DNA of 64,000 nucleotides from Bacteroidales bacterium (GCA_045222555.1 JBGUYY010000072.1:67347-131346), one strand, 5' to 3'. Numbered from the stretch's first letter, positions 39,496 to 48,931 are shown. A program made the numbers and translations. The notes: generated by a model from the letters alone, not told the origin.

Positions 39496-41619
39496 TTAGT
39501 ATTTCGGCTCTACGCCCATGTTGTAGAAGATGAACGAGAAGATGTCCACGGTTTCTTCGATGGTTTTGTCGAGGGGCTTGCCGCCGCCATGGCCGGCATT
39601 GCTCTCGATGCGGATGAGGTGCGGACGGTCGCCGATGTTGCTGTTCTGCAAGGCAGCCGCGTACTTGAAGGAGTGTGCCGGTACCACACGGTCGTCGTGA
39701 TCGGCGGTGGTGACCAGGATGGCCGGATACTCCTTGCCGTTCTGTATGGAGTGAAGCGGCGAGTACTTGTAGAGGTACTCGAACATCTCCTTGCTGTCCT
39801 CGCTGGTGCCGTAGTCCACTGCCCAGTAACGGCCGATGGTAAACTTATGGTAGCGCAGCATGTCCATGACGCCCACCTGCGGGATGGCCACCGCAAAGAG
39901 GTCGGGGCGCTGGTTGATGACGGCGCCCACCAGCAGTCCGCCGTTGGAACCGCCCTGCAGGGCCAGTTTCTCCTTGCTGGTGTAGCCCTGTGCAATCAGG
40001 TGCTCTGCTGCGGCGATACAGTCGTCGAACACGTTCTGTTTCTGTAGTTTAGTACCGGCTTCGTGCCATGCGCGGCCGTACTCGCCACCGCCGCGCAGGT
40101 TGGCCACTGCCAGCACGCCGCCCTGCTCCAGCCATGCGATGCGGGTGACGCTGAAGCCGGGTGTGAGCGAGATGTTGAACCCGCCGTAGCCGTACAACAG
40201 CGTCGGGTTGCTGCCGTCCATTTTGATGCCCTTTTTGTGGGTGATGAACATCGGGACTTTGGTGCCGTCTTTCGAGGTGTAGAACACCTGCTCAGTGACG
40301 TATTCGTCGGAGTTGAAGTTGATTTCGGATTTCTTGTAGAGGGTGGATTTGTTGCTGGCGATGTCGTAGCGGTAGATGGTGGCCGGGGTGATGTAGGAGG
40401 TGACGGTGTAGAAGGTCTCGGTATCGTCGGCCTCGCCCGCGAACCCGCTGATGGTGCCGATCACGTTATTGTCGAGGTTACCGATCAGCTTGCCGTTCTC
40501 GTCAAAAAGCTTCACGAGCGAGCGGGCGTCCTTGGTGTAGTTGGCGATGAGTCGGTGGCCGACGTGGCTCACGCCGGCGAGCACCTCTTTGGCGACGGGG
40601 ATGACATCCTTCCAGTTGGCGGGTGCCGGGTTGTCCATCGGGATGCTGATGACCTTGTACTCCGGTGCGTCGTGGTTGGTCATCACGATGAGATTCCCAT
40701 CCACTTCATCCACCACGGAATAGTCATCCTCAAAGGTGGTCACCACCTTCACAAATTGTGTATTCTTTTTATCCAAGTCCTTAAAGTACAAACAATTGCC
40801 AGATGTTGACACGCTGCCGTAAATCACCAGATAGCGTTTGTTGACCACACTGGCCGAGAAGCTGAGGTCGGGGTTGGTGCGGTCTTCGTAGGCCAGCTGG
40901 TCGGCCTTCTGGTCGGTGCCGACCTTGTGGTAATAGAGTTTGCCGTTCTCGTTCACGCCGGAGAGTTCGTTTTTGGGTTCGGGGAAGCGGCTGTAGAAGA
41001 AGCCGTCGTCCTTCCAGGCGATGCCGGAGAACTTCACCCACACAAGATGGTCGTTGAGCACCTCGCCCGTCGCGATGTTCTTGACGTAGATTTCCTGCCA
41101 GTCGCTGCCGTTGCGCGAGATGGCGTAGCCGAGGTAGTTGCCGTCGTCGGAGATGTCGAGGGTGGAGAGGGCCACCGTGCCGTCGGTGGAGAGCTTGTTG
41201 GGGTCGAGCAGTTCCACCGCTTCGCCGTCGAGGGAGTTTTTATAGTAGAGAACGCTCTGGTTCTGCAGTCCGTTATTGCGGTAGAAGAAGTAGCGGTCGC
41301 CCTGTTTCCACGGGGCGCCCTCCTTCGGGTAGTTCATGATGTCCATCAGATGTTTTTTCATCTGTTCACGATAGGGGATTTGCGACAAAAACTTCTGAGT
41401 AACAGCGTTCTGTGCTTTCACCCAGTTGGCGGTTTCTTCTGAGTAGTCGTCTTCGAGCCAGCGGTAGGGGTCGGGAACGGCCGTGCCGAAATAGTGGTCC
41501 ACGGTGTCGCATTTTTTGGTTTCCGGGTATTGCACCGGCTCAATCTTTTGTTTCTGATGGCAGGATGTTAGCATGATGGTTGCACTTAAGATGAGGAGGG
41601 TAAAATAGATTTTTTTCAT
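39496..41619 (-). CDS. Prolyl oligopeptidase (S9A prolyl endopeptidase)
   Basis: 707 aa. DPYRWLEDDYSEETANWVKAQN, catalytic GGSNGGLLVG, ..ADHDDRVVPAHSFK.. Confidence 0.9.
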   Translation of the reverse strand: MKKIYFTLLILSATIMLTSCHQKQKIEPVQYPETKKCDTVDHYFGTAVPDPYRWLEDDYSEETANWVKAQNAVTQKFLSQIPYREQMKKHLMDIMNYPKEGAPWKQGDRYFFYRNNGLQNQSVLYYKNSLDGEAVELLDPNKLSTDGTVALSTLDISDDGNYLGYAISRNGSDWQEIYVKNIATGEVLNDHLVWVKFSGIAWKDDGFFYSRFPEPKNELSGVNENGKLYYHKVGTDQKADQLAYEDRTNPDLSFSASVVNKRYLVIYGSVSTSGNCLYFKDLDKKNTQFVKVVTTFEDDYSVVDEVDGNLIVMTNHDAPEYKVISIPMDNPAPANWKDVIPVAKEVLAGVSHVGHRLIANYTKDARSLVKLFDENGKLIGNLDNNVIGTISGFAGEADDTETFYTVTSYITPATIYRYDIASNKSTLYKKSEINFNSDEYVTEQVFYTSKDGTKVPMFITHKKGIKMDGSNPTLLYGYGGFNISLTPGFSVTRIAWLEQGGVLAVANLRGGGEYGRAWHEAGTKLQKQNVFDDCIAAAEHLIAQGYTSKEKLALQGGSNGGLLVGAVINQRPDLFAVAIPQVGVMDMLRYHKFTIGRYWAVDYGTSEDSKEMFEYLYKYSPLHSIQNGKEYPAILVTTADHDDRVVPAHSFKYAAALQNSNIGDRPHLIRIESNAGHGGGKPLDKTIEETVDIFSFIFYNMGVEPKY

Positions 41620-41664
41620 AGGGTCGGGATGTTTTGTGGTTTAAATGGTGGATAATTACGGGTG

Positions 41665-41672
41665 CAAAAGTA
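41665..41672 (-). promoter_or_regulatory. -7 box (reverse complement TACTTTTG) for the prolyl oligopeptidase gene
   Basis: Plus strand CAAAAGTA, 46 nt upstream of ATG 41619. Confidence 0.5.
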
Positions 41673-41690
41673 CGAAAAAAATGGATGGGT

Positions 41691-42230
41691 TCAAGGATGG
41701 TCCAGTCGCATTACCTTTACGGGGCGATCGGAGCCGAGCTGGAGGCGGCTGCAGTGGTTGATTTCGCCGGTGTCGCGGAAGCCGCATTTCTCCATTACGC
41801 GGCCGGAGGCGGGGTTGTCGGGGAAGTAGTCGCTCCAGATGGTGCGGAAGCCCTTTGTATTGAAGCAGTAGTCAATCAGCAGTTGCAGTGCCTCGGTACA
41901 GATGCCTTGGTTCCAGTAGGGTTTGGCGACCCAGTAGCCCGCCTCGACGTCGTTCACGCCGATGTCGATGTTGCTCTCGCCGTGGGCGTAGTAGCCGATG
42001 CAGCCGATGGGCTCGCCGTTCTCCTTCAGCTCGATAGCCCAGATGTGGTCGCTATGGAAGAGGGTGCGGATGATTTCGCGGCTCTCCTCCACGCTTTTGT
42101 GGGGAGGCCAGCCCGCGCGGGGACCCACATCGGGGTCGGAAGCGTACCGGAAGAGCGTTTCGGCATCGTCGTCGCGCCAGGGACGCAGGGTAATTCGGTT
42201 GGTTTGTAGCATATTATAGTCTTTCATCAT
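41691..42230 (-). CDS. GNAT-family N-acetyltransferase (RimJ/RimL-like)
   Basis: ITLRPWRDDDAETLFRYASDPDVG..W.. and NQGICTEALQLLIDYCF.. Likely start at MLQTNRITL (42212). Confidence 0.8.
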   Translation of the reverse strand: MMKDYNMLQTNRITLRPWRDDDAETLFRYASDPDVGPRAGWPPHKSVEESREIIRTLFHSDHIWAIELKENGEPIGCIGYYAHGESNIDIGVNDVEAGYWVAKPYWNQGICTEALQLLIDYCFNTKGFRTIWSDYFPDNPASGRVMEKCGFRDTGEINHCSRLQLGSDRPVKVMRLDHP

Positions 42231-42294
42231 TTGGCTCCGCAGACTTTTTTCTGCGAGTATCAGCGAGATTGGCGGGAGAATACACTATTCTCGG

Positions 42295-42846
42295 TTATTC
42301 TTTCTTTTCGGAATCACGCCGTTCAATGGATTCGTTACGCCATACGAGCCATTCTGGATACCACTTGGGGGCAATCGTTCGTAGCAATTTCTGGAATTTT
42401 TCTGGATGTTTTTCCTCCACAGATATTCCAACAGTCCATACTTCTTCTGCAATCCACCCGTCACACCAGTTGAACCATTCTACATAACGTTCCATCATAT
42501 CCAATGTGTCGGCTATCGCATATTTCCATACAGATTCAAATATATTTTTCTCGGACATCACCACATCATTTCCTTTTTTTTCACAGGCATACTCTTCCAA
42601 AATAGCAAAAATCAAAAATTCATCCCTGTTCTGAGGCATAAGGCTTTGTAAATGGTTCACAGAAATATCCTGTCCTGCCATCAAACTGTCTTGAATTGAA
42701 AGAATTTGCAGAAAATAATCAGGATTCGCATCAATTCTTTCTCGATTAGAATCAGAAAGGGCATAAATGGGTTCCCTTATTGCAGGCTGCGCCACGCTTA
42801 CTATAGAAGCAAACAGCAAAGAACTAATTATCAATATCTTTTTCAT
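42295..42846 (-). CDS. Secreted hypothetical protein
   Basis: 183 aa. Signal peptide MKKILIISSLLFASIVSVAQ. No family recognised. Confidence 0.5.
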   Translation of the reverse strand: MKKILIISSLLFASIVSVAQPAIREPIYALSDSNRERIDANPDYFLQILSIQDSLMAGQDISVNHLQSLMPQNRDEFLIFAILEEYACEKKGNDVVMSEKNIFESVWKYAIADTLDMMERYVEWFNWCDGWIAEEVWTVGISVEEKHPEKFQKLLRTIAPKWYPEWLVWRNESIERRDSEKKE

Positions 42847-42897
42847 GTTGTTGATAATAAATTAATTAATATATATTGCAATCCAAAAAACTTGCCG

Positions 42898-42905
42898 CAA
42901 AGGTA
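42898..42905 (-). promoter_or_regulatory. -7 box (reverse complement TACCTTTG) for the 42295-42846 gene
   Basis: Plus strand CAAAGGTA, 52 nt upstream of ATG 42846. Confidence 0.45.
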
Positions 42906-42992
42906 CAACATTTAAACTATTTTCGGGACTGGTACGAGAAAACTTTTCCTGAAGAGTTTCTTCTTGACAATCAGCGAGTTCGTCGGGAGAAT

Positions 42993-43472
42993 TCAAAACC
43001 TCCTTGTCCGGCGGCAGTAGGCCTCGTACTCCTCGCCGAAGTCGCGGCGGAGGCGGCGCTCCTCGCTGATGACCTGCGTCAACATGATGGCGAAGAAGAG
43101 CACCCACACGAGTGCGGCCTGCCAGGTCCACAGCCACACGACGGCGCCGGCGAGGTAGGTGAGTGTGCCGGTGAGCATGGGGTTGCGGTTGAGACGGTAG
43201 GGACCGTCGGTCATCAGGTGCTGCGTGCGGGGTGCCACCTCGTGCCCGAAAGCGTCCATCGGGTTGCCCTTGCCGCGCCGTTTCATATAGACGATGGTCC
43301 ACACGCTCAGCGACAGTCCGCCCAGCATCAGCACGCCGGTGATGGAGGCCCTCACGGCACCGATGTGCTCCAGTTTCGGCATCCCGGATGCCAGCCACAT
43401 CACGGTCGGCATCAACGCCACAAAGAGCACGCCGCCCAGTACATAACCGATAATTTCACGCAATAGTTTCAT
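42993..43472 (-). CDS. Isoprenylcysteine carboxyl methyltransferase (ICMT)/phospholipid methyltransferase-family membrane protein
   Basis: 159 aa, polytopic. ..GPYRLNRNPMLTG.. and EERRLRRDFGEEYEAYCRRTRRF are the ICMT-family C-terminal signature. Confidence 0.75.
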   Translation of the reverse strand: MKLLREIIGYVLGGVLFVALMPTVMWLASGMPKLEHIGAVRASITGVLMLGGLSLSVWTIVYMKRRGKGNPMDAFGHEVAPRTQHLMTDGPYRLNRNPMLTGTLTYLAGAVVWLWTWQAALVWVLFFAIMLTQVISEERRLRRDFGEEYEAYCRRTRRF

Positions 43473-43505
43473 GGTTCAAAAAATGTTATCCACTGGATTC
43501 CTATA

Positions 43506-43886
43506 TTACAACTTCGCCATAAACTTCGCGCTCTCCACCACGAACCGCTCGTGGATGCCCTCGCCGATGAGGGTGTCGCCCTCGAAGCACTTCACGGCGA
43601 ACACCAGGCGGCGGCGGTCCACCTCCACCAGTTCGGCGTCGCACCGGATGGTGGCGCCCACGGGACTGGCTTTCAAGTGCTTGATATTGACGGCGATGCC
43701 GACGGTGGTGTTGCCCTCACCAACCTTGTCGCACACGGCCATCAGGCAGGTTTTCTCCATCAGGGCAATCATGGCGGGGGTGGCAAACACCTCCAGTGCG
43801 CCAGAGCCATAGACTGCGGCGGTATCCTTGTGCTCCACCACCAGCTGCTCGCTGTGACGGAGTCCTTTCAAAGTGTTGTATTCCAT
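43506..43886 (-). CDS. Hotdog-fold thioesterase (FlK-like family)
   Basis: 126 aa. ..VYGSGALEVFATPAMIALMEKTC..EGNTTVGIAVNIKHLKASPVG.. Confidence 0.7.
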   Translation of the reverse strand: MEYNTLKGLRHSEQLVVEHKDTAAVYGSGALEVFATPAMIALMEKTCLMAVCDKVGEGNTTVGIAVNIKHLKASPVGATIRCDAELVEVDRRRLVFAVKCFEGDTLIGEGIHERFVVESAKFMAKL

Positions 43887-43911
43887 TGTTTTTGATCGTT
43901 AATATTCAAAT

Positions 43912-44136
43912 TTACTCCTCAGATTTGTCTTTTTTATTCGATTTTTTGATTTGTTCAATCCCTTCGTCAAAGAACCAAAACAAAATGGTAATGATTACGC
44001 TGCCGACCAGTCCCCCAATGATGGCCCTGCGCAAACTGAGTCCCGAGATTAACCAATCTGCCAGAAAGTATGCCACAGCAAGGACGACAAACATGATGAG
44101 ATAAACCACCCAACTTTTTTTCTTGAAAATTTTCAT
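43912..44136 (-). CDS. Small two-TM membrane protein (hypothetical)
   Basis: Start set at MKIFKKKSWVVYLIMFVVLAVAYF.. because a -7 box at 44157-44164 lies inside the longer ORF. Confidence 0.45.
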   Translation of the reverse strand: MKIFKKKSWVVYLIMFVVLAVAYFLADWLISGLSLRRAIIGGLVGSVIITILFWFFDEGIEQIKKSNKKDKSEE

Positions 44137-44156
44137 GACTGTTTTTTTTAGGGTGG

Positions 44157-44164
44157 CAAAAATA
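44157..44164 (-). promoter_or_regulatory. -7 box (reverse complement TATTTTTG) for the small membrane protein gene
   Basis: Plus strand CAAAAATA, 21 nt upstream of ATG 44136. Confidence 0.45.
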
Positions 44165-44251
44165 CTATAATTTCGGGAAATGCAAAAAGCAAATGATGGA
44201 GCGGTGCAAATTTTTTTTGAAGAAACCAATCATAATTCAAAATATTATTTG

Positions 44252-44259
44252 TAATTTTG
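44252..44259 (+). promoter_or_regulatory. -7 box TAATTTTG upstream of the AAA/DUF4143 ATPase gene
   Basis: TAnnTTTG match 31 nt before ATG 44290. Confidence 0.5.
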
Positions 44260-44289
44260 CAGCATAATTTCAAAGTGTTAATTTGAAAA

Positions 44290-45615
44290 ATGATAAACAA
44301 AACAGTTCTAAAACAGATATTGATATCCAATCAAAAGGATGTGGAGAATTATCAGGTAGTGCCTCGTGAATTACCTTCCGATGACTTCGAAAGGCGTGTG
44401 TTTATCGGTGTTCGAAGGGCAGGAAAATCATTCATGCTTTATCAGAAGATGCAGCAGATGCTTGCAGAAGGCCGCGGTTGGGATGGAATGCTCTATCTTA
44501 ATTTTGAGGATGACCGTCTGGCTGGTTTCACTGCTGAGGACTTTGAGTTGATTCTGGAGTGTCATGCCGAGATGTACGACCAGCGTCCCATGCTTTTCCT
44601 TGACGAGGTGCAGAATATCGACGGCTGGGAGAGGTTTGTGCGTCGTATGGCAGATGCAAAGTATCGGGTCTGGATTACCGGTAGCAACGCCAAAATGCTA
44701 TCGACAGAGATGATGACCACCCTCGGAGGCCGTTACCTTACCACAGAAGTCTATCCATATAGCTTTCAGGAGTTCCTTAATGTCAGGAATGTGCCCTACA
44801 ACGAACATGCCCTGTTGGACACCGAATCACGTGCCAAGATGTTGCGCCAATGGAATGAATACTTGCATTGGGGTGGTCTGCCTGAATCTGTTTGTCTCAG
44901 TGTGAAGCGTGACTATCTGACCAGCACCCTACAAAAAATTTATTTGGGAGATATTGCCAGCCGCAATAAAATCTCCAATGTCAATCTCCTGCGTCTGCTG
45001 CTTAAAAAATTGGCCGAGAGCGTCAGGCAGCCCGTTTCATACAACCGGCTCTCCAACATTCTGTCGTCAGTGAGCGGAAAGATAACCATGCCCACCGTCA
45101 GCAAATACATCGAGTATAGCGAAGACGCGTGGCTGCTCCTGCGTTTGCGCAATGTGTCTGCCGCCTTTGCCGACAAGGAGACTTTGTGCAAATACTACTT
45201 TGTTGACAATGGCGTACTCAACCTTTTCCTGCTTGATGGCGACACTGCACTCTTGGAAAACCTCACCGCCCTGACCCTTTTCCGCAAGTATGGCCATGAC
45301 AAAGATAACGAGCGTGTGTTCTTCTATAACGACAAGGTTGAGGTGGATTTCTATGTCCCAGAGGTCAAGCTGGCTGTACAGGCATCCTACAGTATCACTC
45401 AAGCAAAGTCCACCTTCGACCGGGAGCTGGAGGCCCTGAAAAAGCTGCCAAAGGTTTTGCCTTGCGACCGTCGCGTCATTCTGACCTACGATGAATCTGA
45501 CACCATCACCGATGGGTTTGGTACCATTGAGGTTATGCCACTTTGGAAGTGGATTTTCTCATTCAGTGAAAATACAACTTTTTCCAGTAAAAATGCGGAG
45601 AATAGAAACTTTTAA
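44290..45615 (+). CDS. AAA-family ATPase with DUF4143-type C-terminal domain
   Basis: 441 aa. Walker A GVRRAGKSF, Walker B LFLDEVQ. Overall pattern of the AAA_14 + DUF4143 orphan ATPases common in Bacteroidales. Confidence 0.75.
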   Translation: MINKTVLKQILISNQKDVENYQVVPRELPSDDFERRVFIGVRRAGKSFMLYQKMQQMLAEGRGWDGMLYLNFEDDRLAGFTAEDFELILECHAEMYDQRPMLFLDEVQNIDGWERFVRRMADAKYRVWITGSNAKMLSTEMMTTLGGRYLTTEVYPYSFQEFLNVRNVPYNEHALLDTESRAKMLRQWNEYLHWGGLPESVCLSVKRDYLTSTLQKIYLGDIASRNKISNVNLLRLLLKKLAESVRQPVSYNRLSNILSSVSGKITMPTVSKYIEYSEDAWLLLRLRNVSAAFADKETLCKYYFVDNGVLNLFLLDGDTALLENLTALTLFRKYGHDKDNERVFFYNDKVEVDFYVPEVKLAVQASYSITQAKSTFDRELEALKKLPKVLPCDRRVILTYDESDTITDGFGTIEVMPLWKWIFSFSENTTFSSKNAENRNF

Positions 45616-46217
45616 AAATAGACAGGCCTGCCTTCATCGGTATAGTTAGAGGGGAACCATCCTCGCGTGATTTTCTTGTAAAATCTTCTGAATGCTCTTC
45701 GGCTGTTGCCATATTTGTTTCCGTCGTAACGACTCAAACGTTTCCAAGGGGGTTGTAGAATATAGTTGATGTAATAGCTCTTTTTGTTGATATCGTTGAT
45801 ATTCACGAATTCGACACCATAAAAACCGCCCCATCTGAGGGTGTCACGGTAAGAATGATCTTTCCATCGATTCCAGCCTATCGCCTCCCGATATTGGAAT
45901 TCAAGATATACATTGGCAGAATCAGGGATGATGGAGCAAAGGTCTGGACATTTATCCGACCACCAAACAGAACCGTATGAGTACCTTTTGAAATTATAAT
46001 AGAAATCATAAGTGATAGTGTCTTTGTAAACCGCCGGATCAAACGAGATAAGCGTCCTCACCGAGAGGGGGAGTTTGCTGTTAATCATAATGATATAATC
46101 TGGCGGGCCGCACTGGAAACTATCGTCAAGCACCGCTGTTTTTACCGAGTCGTTTTGCGCTTTCAAAGCAAAAACGTTGAAGCAGATGAATAAGAGCAGA
46201 ATAATTTTCCTTTTCAT
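45612..46217 (-). CDS. Secreted hypothetical protein
   Basis: Start at MKRKIILLLFICFNVFALKAQ. -7 box at 46239-46246. No family recognised. Confidence 0.5.
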   Translation of the reverse strand: MKRKIILLLFICFNVFALKAQNDSVKTAVLDDSFQCGPPDYIIMINSKLPLSVRTLISFDPAVYKDTITYDFYYNFKRYSYGSVWWSDKCPDLCSIIPDSANVYLEFQYREAIGWNRWKDHSYRDTLRWGGFYGVEFVNINDINKKSYYINYILQPPWKRLSRYDGNKYGNSRRAFRRFYKKITRGWFPSNYTDEGRPVYF

Positions 46218-46238
46218 TTTCTGTGTATTAAGGATTGG

Positions 46239-46246
46239 CAAAAATA
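46239..46246 (-). promoter_or_regulatory. -7 box (reverse complement TATTTTTG) for the 45612-46217 gene
   Basis: Plus strand CAAAAATA, 22 nt upstream of ATG 46217. Confidence 0.45.
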
Positions 46247-46475
46247 CTAAATTTTGAATAATCACATAATAATTTCGTTACAAGATTCGCTATATATACA
46301 ACTAATATCATTTTATCATTAATTGATGATTTTAATAAATAAATGATAAAATAATGTTGATTATTTGTTTGCTAGCCCTTGCCGAAAAGTTCGGCTTGCC
46401 GGTCCGCACAGCCGAGGAAGTGTATGAAGAAATCCAACAGACGGTGGGGTGAGAGTTGTCAGTTATTCCGTTTTT

Positions 46476-47729
46476 TCAAATTCTTATCTGCTTCGGAAAA
46501 GCTTCTTCCCTCATGATTCCCCACATTTTGTCGATATAGGAAAGGGTGTAAAACTGCTCGTAATAATGGTAGTAAAACGCGCCTTTCATCGTCATGGAGT
46601 AGATGCCGTTATCTTTCGTGAGGAGTCCGAGTTTCTGTGCCAATCCGAACTCAAAGCCATACTTTTTCCCAAGCGGAACGCCAAAGAAATGTTCAAAATC
46701 TCGTTCATCCAATTGCATGCTGTAGAGGGTCCAGAAAAGGTAATACACCATCCGTTGCCTTTCGGTGAACCTGATGGTCAATGAGGTGGGCAATTCGTCA
46801 CTATCCAATCTCTTGCAGTATTCATCCACTGAAAAAGAGTTGATTTTGAATTGCTTTTTGAGCAGAGATGTGGCGGAACATCCAAATCCGAGGAAGTTGT
46901 CGCGTGTCATGGAAGAGTATTGGGCTTCTTTTTGATTCGAGAAAGTCCAAATGGAACTGCGATAATAGCCTTTCTGATTGAAGTAGTTCGTGATTTGGTC
47001 CAACAGTTCCCTTTTTTGTTTCTTAGGCATGGACTTCACCTCGCTTTGGGTAAAAGAGAAGTCGATGAACGGATAAATCGCCACATGGTTGGCGCCGCTC
47101 GCAAAAGCGGTGTCCACATCTGATTTGATGTCTTCGTATGTCTGGTCGGGGAGGGCGAAAATAAAATCCATGGAAACCGTTTCAAATTCCACGGTAGCCA
47201 AGGCATCTTTCAGTTGCAAGGCATCCACTTTCTTTCGAGCTAACAGCGTTTCATATTTTTCCAAAAACGACTGAACGCCAATGCTGATTTTGGTAACGCC
47301 TGCATTTTTCAGCCTTTTGAGCGTCTCGACATTCACATTGTCGGGATGCAATTCCACGCCAATCCCTTCTGTGATGATAAAATGCTCCTGAATCGCTGCA
47401 ATGATTTCTTCAATCCTATCCGCGATTAAAGCGGGTGTCCCTCCGCCGAAATACAAGCTGGTTGTTTCTTTTTTGCATTCATATTGTCCGCCAACTTTAT
47501 GGATTTCCTTGATCAGTGCGTCAATATACCGGTCACATTGTTCTTTTCGGTAAACCGTTTTACAATAGGGACAAAAAGTGCAGATGCTTTTACAAAAGGG
47601 AATATGGATGTAAAGTCCTAAGTTCTCGCACTCTTCAAAGGGCAAAAAATTGTCATATTCGTTTTGAAACGAAAAGGGTTTGAAGGATCGTGTGAGCCAC
47701 GCTCTGGTAATCGTTGTAGTGAAACTCAT
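46476..47729 (-). CDS. Radical SAM protein, HemN/HemW-like (oxygen-independent coproporphyrinogen III oxidase family)
   Basis: LGLYIHIPFCKSICTFCPYC (CxxxCxxC), ..LYFGGGTPA.., ..ISIGVQSF.. The ORF extends to 47768, but a -7 box at 47758-47765 argues for a start at 47747, 47744 or 47729. Confidence 0.8.
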   Translation of the reverse strand: MSFTTTITRAWLTRSFKPFSFQNEYDNFLPFEECENLGLYIHIPFCKSICTFCPYCKTVYRKEQCDRYIDALIKEIHKVGGQYECKKETTSLYFGGGTPALIADRIEEIIAAIQEHFIITEGIGVELHPDNVNVETLKRLKNAGVTKISIGVQSFLEKYETLLARKKVDALQLKDALATVEFETVSMDFIFALPDQTYEDIKSDVDTAFASGANHVAIYPFIDFSFTQSEVKSMPKKQKRELLDQITNYFNQKGYYRSSIWTFSNQKEAQYSSMTRDNFLGFGCSATSLLKKQFKINSFSVDEYCKRLDSDELPTSLTIRFTERQRMVYYLFWTLYSMQLDERDFEHFFGVPLGKKYGFEFGLAQKLGLLTKDNGIYSMTMKGAFYYHYYEQFYTLSYIDKMWGIMREEAFPKQIRI

Positions 47730-47757
47730 ATCACGTATTCCCATCATTTTTAGAGTG

Positions 47758-47765
47758 CAAAGATA
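47758..47765 (-). promoter_or_regulatory. -7 box (reverse complement TATCTTTG) for the radical SAM gene
   Basis: Plus strand CAAAGATA. Confidence 0.45.
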
Positions 47766-47863
47766 CACTTTTTCTCCGCATCACGAATCTGCGTTGTTGA
47801 AACCCTATCAAGATTTTGCGATAGTTGCCCGAATTTGTATGCTCCCCACTTGTCCCATAAAAT

Positions 47864-47873
47864 CCCCCCCCCC
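47864..47873. repeat. Poly-C(10) homopolymer in the intergenic region
   Basis: Counted directly: aatCCCCCCCCCCgaaaatc. Confidence 0.9.
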
Positions 47874-47989
47874 GAAAATCAGATGGCACACGGCATGCGT
47901 CTTCGCTGTAGAAGAAGGTGAAACAAAGTTTTTTTTCAATTTGAATTTTGTGGTGTGCAGCGTGATGAAGAGATGCTACAACGATAGGG

Positions 47990-48655
47990 TCATTTAATGC
48001 TCACTTTCACAAATACCAGATCACTCCCGCTGGCATGGAAATCCTTGCATTTCACAAAGAGTTCCCCCGTAATTGAATAGCAATACTCTAAAATATGAAG
48101 ATCCATCGGGACATATTGGTCTATTAGTTCAGGTATTGGTTCGTCTGGCTTCCAGCGGTATAGATACAAAAATGGTGGTGTGCTCAAGTGGTTTATTTCT
48201 CGCGTGGTAATCTGGTGGATGCAGCAATCAGTTGCCATTAGCCCGCCGTTTATGGCGCCTAAAGAGCGAAAAAGAGAGTCAATGAATGCTATTTTTGTAT
48301 CAACTGTAGCATCTAACTTTTTGTTAATCAATCTAAATTCTACAATGTAGGCAGCTTGAGCATGTTGAAAAGGCACCATCTTCCATTCAAGGTCGAAATC
48401 CGCTTCGTTAAAACCTTCGCTTACGAAGTATTGTTGATGCAACAAGCTGTCGATTTGCCTGCTTTCGGTTTGCGAAAGATCAGTCGACAAGTCTATACAA
48501 GAACAGAGAATCAGACTTTGCACAGCCTGATTGTAGTCTTCCTCCGCACATTTCACCACTGTCACTTGCGCATTTGAAAACACGGCTGTCAGTACTGCGA
48601 GAAAGAAAAGAATTACCCTTTTCATGTCAGATGTTTGGAAATGCTTCATTATCAT
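47990..48655 (-). CDS. Secreted hypothetical protein
   Basis: 221 aa. Signal peptide ..MKRVILFFLAVLTAVFSNAQ (alternative start 48625). No family recognised. Confidence 0.5.
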   Translation of the reverse strand: MIMKHFQTSDMKRVILFFLAVLTAVFSNAQVTVVKCAEEDYNQAVQSLILCSCIDLSTDLSQTESRQIDSLLHQQYFVSEGFNEADFDLEWKMVPFQHAQAAYIVEFRLINKKLDATVDTKIAFIDSLFRSLGAINGGLMATDCCIHQITTREINHLSTPPFLYLYRWKPDEPIPELIDQYVPMDLHILEYCYSITGELFVKCKDFHASGSDLVFVKVSIK

Positions 48656-48700
48656 TTTATCTTGTTATTCTGTCAATGTGAAACGTATCTATTTTGCCTG

Positions 48701-48708
48701 CAAAAGTA
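48701..48708 (-). promoter_or_regulatory. -7 box (reverse complement TACTTTTG) for the 47990-48655 gene
   Basis: Plus strand CAAAAGTA, 46 nt upstream of ATG 48655. Confidence 0.45.
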
Positions 48709-48892
48709 CAAAAAAATGAGCGATGTGGCAAAGTCGTTTTGAATCTGTGATTATTTCTGCGCCAGAATCGTTATCCCAGAGTGCGGCACGCCTGAGAATA
48801 GTATCATCGTGGACTCTTTTTTCAATTGACGATATAATTCACCATCCCGAAAAACAGATGGCACACGGTGAACCAGATGGCTGCCACCACAT

Positions 48893-48931
48893 CCCGAAAA
48901 TTATGCTAATAGAATTATTCTACTAGCATAA
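48893..48931 (-). terminator. Hairpin plus U-run terminator downstream of the nuclease-like module
   Basis: TTATGCTA..TAGCATAA arms with inner TAGAAT/ATTCTA arms (48901-48931). On the minus strand it is followed by TTTT (48897-48900). Confidence 0.5.

Noticed and set aside
42876-43466. 196-aa plus-strand ORF and a 178-aa minus-strand alternative-frame ORF overlapping the ICMT-family gene
   Set aside because: Both have Arg/His/Pro/Gly-rich low-complexity translations. The 42993-43472 minus-strand frame has the ICMT C-terminal signature and TM helices.
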